A DNA stretch of 64,000 nt, taken from an uncultured Gemmatimonadales bacterium. Its GTDB lineage: Bacteria; Gemmatimonadota; Gemmatimonadetes; Gemmatimonadales; Gemmatimonadaceae. Shown here in pieces: positions 57,534-64,000 of the stretch (its first letter is position 1; each line of letters starts with the position of its first letter). The stretch spans positions 1,632,001 to 1,696,000 of the forward strand of contig CAWKMU010000003.1 of the NCBI GenBank assembly GCA_963850905.1, written 5' to 3'. The notes under the pieces are model-generated. The model had not been told where the DNA came from and did no database searches. It worked only from the letters and a program-made list of their open reading frames with translations. The position numbers and the translations under genes were made by a program.

Positions 57534-57942
57534 TCAGGCGGCTGGCTTGACGACCAGTGCGGCGAGGAGGCGCTCCAACTCCCGCCTGGAGGGCGCATTC
57601 GAGCGAAGCGCCCACGGCGTCGATCAGATTCCGGAGTGTCTGCCGAAGCGCCGGCACATCCCCGTGGCCGGTCGCATCGATAACGCGGGCACAGGCGGTG
57701 CGAGCGCCGACCGGAAGCGTGATCGTCGCCAGCCATGCTCGAGCGCCCGCGACACGGCGGGTGCATGCCTCGACTGGCAGCGCGCGATCCGGCACGATGC
57801 CCACCACGAGATGCGCGCACACCAGGGCCGCGAGCGCGACCTCGCGATCCCCGCCCAACTGGCGCCGCCCGGCGAGGTCAGCGAGGGCGGGCAGGGGGAA
57901 CATTGGCGCCGCAAGGGCGTAAGGCGGGAGAGCGCCGAGCAC
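57534..57942 (-). CDS. Hypothetical alpha-helical protein, probable frameshift near 57600
   Basis: Removing one base gives ...ASLDAPSRRELERLLAALVVKPAA-stop; TACATT-N7-GTG start. Confidence 0.55.
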
Positions 57943-57981
57943 CTACACGAATGTAGAGTGCAACGGTACATTCCGCACGAG

Positions 57982-59587
57982 ATGCCATCTTCGTCCGCGT
58001 CCCCGCCGATGCTGCAAACAACCGTCGTTCGCAAGTCCGTGCTGTGGATCGACGATGAGGCTGATCTCTTGCAGTCGCATCGCATATTCTTGCAGCAAAG
58101 CGGGTACGATGTGGAGCTCGCAACCAACGCCGACGATGGCATCGAGTTGCTCCGTCGCCGCGCGTTCGACGTAGTCCTGCTGGATGAGCAGATGCCGGGC
58201 AAGCGCGGACTCGCTGCCTACCGAGAGCTCCGCGAGCTGGCGCCGAATGTGCCCGTGGTGATGGTGACCAAGAGTGAAGAAGACGCGACGCTGACCGAAG
58301 CGATCGGCGCCAACGTCCGCGACTACATCACGAAGCCCATCAATCCGCGCCAGGTCCTCACGGCGGTTCGGCGCATTCTGGAAGGCCCGCGGATCCGGCA
58401 GCAGGCCCTGGCACGGCGATTCGTCGACCGCTTTCGCGCGATCGAGCTCGAGCGGGCGCGCCCGCTTGACTGGCGCGGCTGGATCGAGCGCTATAGCGAG
58501 TTGATGTCCTGGGACGTCGAGCTGGCGGCCGCCGGAGAGATGGGACTGTACGAGTCGTTGCGCGGCCTCTACGCGGACATGCATCGCGAATTCGCGACGT
58601 TCATGGCCACCGCCTACCCTGCGTGGCTGCGCCAGCTCGAGGGGGATCGCCCGCCGCTGTCCGTGGATGTCATCGGCGAGTTCCTCGTCCCGATCCTCGC
58701 TCGTGATCGCGCGGCGGTGTTCATCGTGGTCGACTGTCTGCGACTCGATCAGTGGATGGCGCTCGAGCCACTCCTCGCTCCACAATTCGACGTCGAAGTC
58801 ACCCACCATTTCTCGGTACTTCCGACCGCGACGCCCTACGCGCGGAACGCGCTATTCAGCGGACTGTTCCCGGGAGAGATCGCGGCACGGTTTCCAGATT
58901 GGTGGGGTCCGGGCGTCCGCGACGACGAGACGCTCAATGCACACGAGCGCGAACTCCTGGAGGCCCAGCTGGTCGAGCTGGGGCGCCGCACGCCGGTGCG
59001 CTACGCCAAGATCTCCACCGCGGCGGACTCGGACGATCTCGAACGTCGGTTGCATGCGGCCATCGCCCCCGACGGGGTTTCAGCCTTCGTGTTCAATTTC
59101 GTGGACCTCCTGACGCACGGGCGCAGCGAGTCAGCCATCCTGTACGAGGTCGCCCGCGACGAGATCGCGCTCCGACAACTGACGGTGCAGTGGTTCCAGC
59201 GGTCGGCCCTGCTTGGCGTGTTGAAGGAAGCCGCGCGCCGCCGCATCACGGTGCTCCTGACCAGCGATCACGGCTCGATCCACTGCCAGACGCCGGCGAC
59301 GGTGTACGCCAAACGCGATGCGACCGCGAATCTGCGGTACAAGTTCGGTGAGGACGTGCGCGCTGAGCGTCCGGAACAGGCTCTCCTGTTCCCCGACGCC
59401 GATCGAGCTCCGTCTGCCGCACCGGGCGCTCGGGGCGCACACGCTGCTCGCGGCCGGCGATTCGTTCTTCGTGTACCCGACGAAGCTGCGGGAGTATCAG
59501 AGTCGGTACCGAGGGTCCTTCCTGCATGGCGGGGTCACGCCCGAAGAGGTCATCCTCCCCGTGGCGCTGCTCACACCGCGGCGATAA
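57982..59587 (+). CDS. PorX-like response regulator (REC + PglZ/alkaline phosphatase domain), frameshifted near 59400
   Basis: LWIDDE, LLDEQMPG, MVTKSEE, VVDCLRLDQW, LPTATPYARN, TSDHG, FLHGG. Confidence 0.9.
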
Positions 59588-59608
59588 CGGGGGCATCGAG
59601 TTCCCGGC

Positions 59609-61649
59609 ATGAGCGCCGCGCCCGTACGGGTGCCGACGACGTCGTCCGACGCGGGATCTGAGACGACCAGTGCGGCCACGGGTCCGGCTGCCTCCATACC
59701 GGCACGCCCTGTAGGTCCCGGGCAGCCTGCGCCTGCTCGGAATACGGGCGGCACGACGGACGGCGAGGCAGGCGCGCCCTCGCAACGCGAGATGTATCGT
59801 CGGCTGCTCGCATTCCTGCGGCCGCACCGCTGGCTCATGGTCTCCGCGATCGGATCCAGCATCCTCGCGGCGGGGCTCGATGGCTTCTCCTTCGCGATGC
59901 TGATCCCCTTCCTCCAATCACTGTTCGGGGATCAACCACTGCCTGTGGGTACAGGGCCGCTGACGCAGTTCCTGAGCGTCACCATCGGATCACTGCTCAA
60001 ACCGGCCGACAAGATGGGGTCGCTGCAGGTCGTGATCGTCATCATCCTCGTCGCGGTGACAGCCAAGAACATCTTCGTGTGGCTCGGCGGCAACCTGGGC
60101 GCGCAGCTACAGGAGTATGTCACGCGCGACATGCGCAACTCGGTGTACGCGCATCTCGGCGAGGTTGCCGCTACCCTATTTCACGCGGACGCGGGGCGGT
60201 CAGATCACCGCCAGGATCCTGGTCGATACGGATCAGACCAAGGCACTCATCACGCAGCTTGTGACGTCCGGGTTCCAGAACATCGCGTTCATCATCGTCA
60301 ACCTCGCGGTGATGTTCGCGATCTCCTGGCGTCTGTCGCTCATCTCTCTCGTCGTTGCCCCTGCGGTCACGGGCATCCTGCAGCCGCTGCTGCGCCGGCT
60401 GCGGAAAAACTACCGGCGGCTGCGGGAAGACTATGGCGAGATGATGAGCGTGCTGCAGGAAGTGGTGGCCGGCATGCGGCTCGTCAAGTCGTTCCGGGGC
60501 GAGCCGTACGAGGAGCAGCGCTTCGACGAGGCGAGCAGTCGGTATTCGCAGGCGCTCGTTCGGGTGACCAAGCTCGCGTTGCTGTCGCAGCCCATCACGG
60601 AGATTCTCGGCACGGTCGTGGCCGCTGGTCTCCTCTGGATCGCCGCGCGCGAGGTGTTGGTCGATCGCACGCTCCTGGGCTCGCAGCTCATCGTCTTCCT
60701 GGCGGTGTTGCTGAAAACGCTGCAGCCGCTCAAGCAGGTGACGCTGATCCCGACGACGGCGCAGGCGTCGTTCGCGGCGGCCGAACGCTTCTTCGAGATC
60801 CTCGACGAGCCGACGGAAACCGCGATCGATCGCGGGACGCGAACGGCGGACGCCGCCTTCGACTCGGTGAAGTTCGACGGCGTGTGCTTTGCCTACGCGC
60901 CAGAGCGCGACCCGGTGCTGATTGATGTGTCGTTCACCGCGCGGCGCGGCGATGTCGTCGCGATCGTCGGGGCGAGCGGCGCCGGGAAGAGCACGCTCGT
61001 CGACCTCATCCCCCGATTCGCAGAGCCGACGGCAGGCCGGATCGTCCTCGGCGGGGTCGATACGCGCGACATCGCGTTGCCTGCCTTGCGGAGCCTCACC
61101 GGGATCGTGAGTCAGGACACGGTATTGTTCAACGACTCCGTACGACGCAACATTGCCTATGGCGGCGACGGGCAGTATAGCGACAGCGAGGTCGAGCAGG
61201 CGGCTCGCGCCGCCAACGCACACGGGTTCATATCGGAGCTCCCGCAGGGGTACGACACCGTACTCGGTGAACGCGGTACGCGGCTGTCTGGTGGGCAGCG
61301 GCAGCGCCTGGCCATCGCTCGGGCGCTGCTCAGGGATCCACCGATTCTCATTCTCGACGAGGCCACGTCGTCACTCGACACCGAGAGCGAGCGCCTGGTG
61401 CAGGAGGCGATCGATCGATTGCTGACCGGCCGCACGGTGTTCGTGATTGCGCACCGCCTGTCGACCGTGGTCCACGCCAACCAGATCCTCGTGCTGGATC
61501 GCGGCCGTGTCGTCGAACGCGGCACGCACGACGAGTTGCTGGCTTTGCGCGGTGCCTACCACCGCCTCTACGCGCTCCAATTCCGGGACGGTGAGGGCGT
61601 CGACGCGGAGGCTCTGGACGGGTCGACCGCCATCGGTAGCTCGAGCTGA
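59609..61649 (+). CDS. MsbA-like ABC exporter, frameshifted near 60160
   Basis: TM domain, GASGAGKS, LSGGQRQR, LDEATS, IAHRLST. Confidence 0.9.
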
Positions 61650-61652
61650 CTC

Positions 61653-62747
61653 GTGCGCGTCATGTTCTACTACTCCCCGCCGGAGTGGACTGGCAGCGCG
61701 CGCGCGTTTGCGGCCGCGGCGCGTGGGCTGGCTGCGCGCGGGTATCAGGTCACCTTTGTCTGTCCGGGGGACGGCCCGGTCGAGGCACGGGCGGCGGCGG
61801 AAGGGTGCGACGTCATCCCACTCTCCCCTGGCGGATCCCTGCTGCTCCGAAGCTGGCGTCTGCAGCGGATTCTGAGCGAGAAATTCGTCGAGACGGTCTT
61901 CGTCCACACCGAACCTGAGCACATAGCGGTCGCGCTGGCCATGCGTCTGGCAGGACGCGGTGGTGTCGTGCGACGCGTGCCTGCGGGCAGCCGACCGGCG
62001 CTCGGGCGCCGGACCCGGTGGGCCCTTCGACTCGCCGCGGGTGGCTTCGTCTGCACGGATGCCACGGATGTCTTGAGCGTGGAGCACGTACCGCGGGCCC
62101 GTCCGCCGCTCATCGCTGATATCGGAGTTGATACGGAACGCTACGACGAGCTGCGCGCCGTGAGCGCCGCGGCGCTCGGCGGCGGGCCGGGCTCGCGGAT
62201 CGTTGTGTGTGTGTACGAGCCGAGTCAGCGCCCGCGCATGGCCGGCGTGCTGCGCGCCATCGCGCTCCTGGCCCCTCGGCACCCAGAGCTTCACCTCGCG
62301 ATCCTGGGGCCATCGCTCGGACAGGAGGACGTGCGCATGCACGCAGCCGCTCTGGGCATCACGCGCCACATCAGTTATCTCGGCGAGCGCGATGACGACC
62401 TCGCAGTGCTCCGCGCGGCCGAGGTGGGATGGGTGGTCGCTTCCGCTGACAGTGCCGCGTACGCTACGCTGGATTTCATGGCCATGCGCACCGCAGTGCT
62501 GGCGGACCGCGATACGATTGCGGCACGCTACATTGCGGACGGCATTACGGGCGCACTGCTCACGCCGGGCGAGACGTCCGCAACCGCGGCGATCCTCGCC
62601 GGATTGCTGGCCCAGAACGGACAGCGAACGGCGATGGGCGCCGCCGGTCGGGCGCGTGTGGCCCGCGAGTACAAGGAATCGACGATGCTCGATCTGCTCC
62701 AGCAGGCGGCGGATGTGGCGCGGGACCGCTCGCAATGGGCGGGGTGA
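61653..62747 (+). CDS. GT4-like glycosyltransferase with degenerate motif
   Basis: GT-B features (GVD.ERY, YLGER.D, DGITG, MG.AGR); canonical EX7E not present. Confidence 0.75.
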   Translation: MRVMFYYSPPEWTGSARAFAAAARGLAARGYQVTFVCPGDGPVEARAAAEGCDVIPLSPGGSLLLRSWRLQRILSEKFVETVFVHTEPEHIAVALAMRLAGRGGVVRRVPAGSRPALGRRTRWALRLAAGGFVCTDATDVLSVEHVPRARPPLIADIGVDTERYDELRAVSAAALGGGPGSRIVVCVYEPSQRPRMAGVLRAIALLAPRHPELHLAILGPSLGQEDVRMHAAALGITRHISYLGERDDDLAVLRAAEVGWVVASADSAAYATLDFMAMRTAVLADRDTIAARYIADGITGALLTPGETSATAAILAGLLAQNGQRTAMGAAGRARVAREYKESTMLDLLQQAADVARDRSQWAG

Positions 62748-62765
62748 TCGCGCGGCGTGCGCCCC

Positions 62766-64000
62766 GTGCGGCATCTCTTGATCACCCAGGACTATCCACC
62801 GATGGGCGGCGGGATGGCCCGCCGACATGTGGAGCTCGCCCGGCGCCTGGACTCCGGCGGCGTCACGGTATCGACGGTCGCGGCCGATCCCGTACGCGCA
62901 GCCGATGCCGTGGCATTCGACCGCGGTGAGCCGTACGAGACCGTGCGGCAGCCGTTCCCGTTCCGCGGAGCGAAGACGGTCTTCAATCAGGCGCGCTGGG
63001 CGAGATGGTTGGTTCCTCGAGTGGACGCGAGGCGTCCCGGTGCGGCGGACATCGTTCACTGCGGCAACGTGCGACCCGCCGGCTATCCGACATGGTGGGC
63101 GCACCGTTCGACCGGCGTGCCGTATCTCGTGTACGTCTACGGCGGGGACCTCCTGCGAGAGCGCCGGAAGCTGGCGTCGGCCCCGCCGGAGCAATGGCTC
63201 AAGCGATGGACTGCGCGGCGCATCTTCGAGGACAGCGCGGGGGTCGTTGCCATCTCGGACTGGAGCGCGGCGCTGTGCCGCGACGTCATGGCCCGGGGCG
63301 GCGTGGCACACGCACCGCCGGTCTTGGTCAATCCGTTAGGCACCGACCCGGAGCAGTTTCAGCCCGCGCGCAACACCGGTGCGCTGCGCCAGCGTCTGGG
63401 GCTGGGCGACGCGCCGCTGCTCGTGACCGTCGCACGGTTGGTTCCACACAAGGGCATCAATGTCGCTCTGGCCGCGATGGCGGCGTTGAGTGGCGACCAT
63501 CCGACGCTCCGATACCTCGTCGTCGGCGATGGCGAGGACGCGCCGCGACTCGCCGAGCGCGCGCGAACGCTGGGCATAGCCGATCGGGTGGTCTTCGCTG
63601 GCACGCTCCCGGATGCCGATATCGCCGAGGCCTATGCGACGGCGCAGATCTACGTCGGGCTATCGCGGGTCGATGCAGAGATCAACGCTGAAGGATTCGG
63701 CATCGCGTTCATCGAAGCAGCTGCGAGCGGGATCCCGGTGGTGGCTGGAGACTCGGGCGGTGTCCGCACGGCGGTGCGGGACGGCGAGACCGGCATCGTC
63801 ATCGATCCGATGGACGCGCGCGCCGCGGCGGCGGCTATCGGTCAGCTGCTGCGCGATCCAGAGCGCCGGCAGGCACTCGGACGTGCTGGTCGGCGCGCGG
63901 CCGTGGAATACTTCAACTGGGAACGCGTTGCGCAGGACGTTCGCGAGTTCGCGGCGGCCGCGGTCGCCAATGCCCGGCCGCAGATCGCCTCGGGCATTCC
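62766..64000 (+). CDS. GT4 glycosyltransferase (PimB-like), runs off the window end
   Basis: LLITQDYPP.GGG, VARLVPHKG, EGFGIAFIEAAA, GDSGG. Confidence 0.9.
   Translation, partial: MRHLLITQDYPPMGGGMARRHVELARRLDSGGVTVSTVAADPVRAADAVAFDRGEPYETVRQPFPFRGAKTVFNQARWARWLVPRVDARRPGAADIVHCGNVRPAGYPTWWAHRSTGVPYLVYVYGGDLLRERRKLASAPPEQWLKRWTARRIFEDSAGVVAISDWSAALCRDVMARGGVAHAPPVLVNPLGTDPEQFQPARNTGALRQRLGLGDAPLLVTVARLVPHKGINVALAAMAALSGDHPTLRYLVVGDGEDAPRLAERARTLGIADRVVFAGTLPDADIAEAYATAQIYVGLSRVDAEINAEGFGIAFIEAAASGIPVVAGDSGGVRTAVRDGETGIVIDPMDARAAAAAIGQLLRDPERRQALGRAGRRAAVEYFNWERVAQDVREFAAAAVANARPQIASGI

Overview
High-GC bacterial chromosomal segment, probably Gemmatimonadota (inferred from gene content and order), made mostly of housekeeping and envelope genes: ada, moeB, a VWA protein with a ChlI-like AAA+ ATPase, glcDEF, a GH18-CE4-GT2 polysaccharide synthase, a sigma-70 paralog, aroB, a Ser/Thr kinase, FNR, TamA/TamB, an NtrC-like regulator, acpS, a cytochrome c-FTR1 iron permease, a long minus-strand run (yebC-ruvCAB-queA-tgt-yajC-def-fmt-thiESG-rsmB-PASTA-rpe-tlpA-tsaD-lgt), a truncated DnaB paralog, a PorX-like REC-PglZ regulator, an MsbA-like exporter and GT4 genes. 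I saw no rRNA, tRNA, CRISPR array, phage gene or transposase. Many genes carry single-base indels, very densely at about 46.9-56 kb; these most likely reflect long-read consensus errors, so boundaries there are approximate. The most unusual signal is non-coding: a modular family of intergenic elements in which 7-bp tandem-repeat arms bracket either GTAG-type REP hairpins or a shared ~50-bp hairpin core. Five of these elements sit just upstream of apparent leaderless (TANNNT-N6/7-ATG) starts. Other notable points are a degenerate DnaB C-terminal paralog, a GAFTGA-less enhancer-binding protein followed by an 8-Cys microprotein, and a 46-aa membrane peptide in frame with tsaD.
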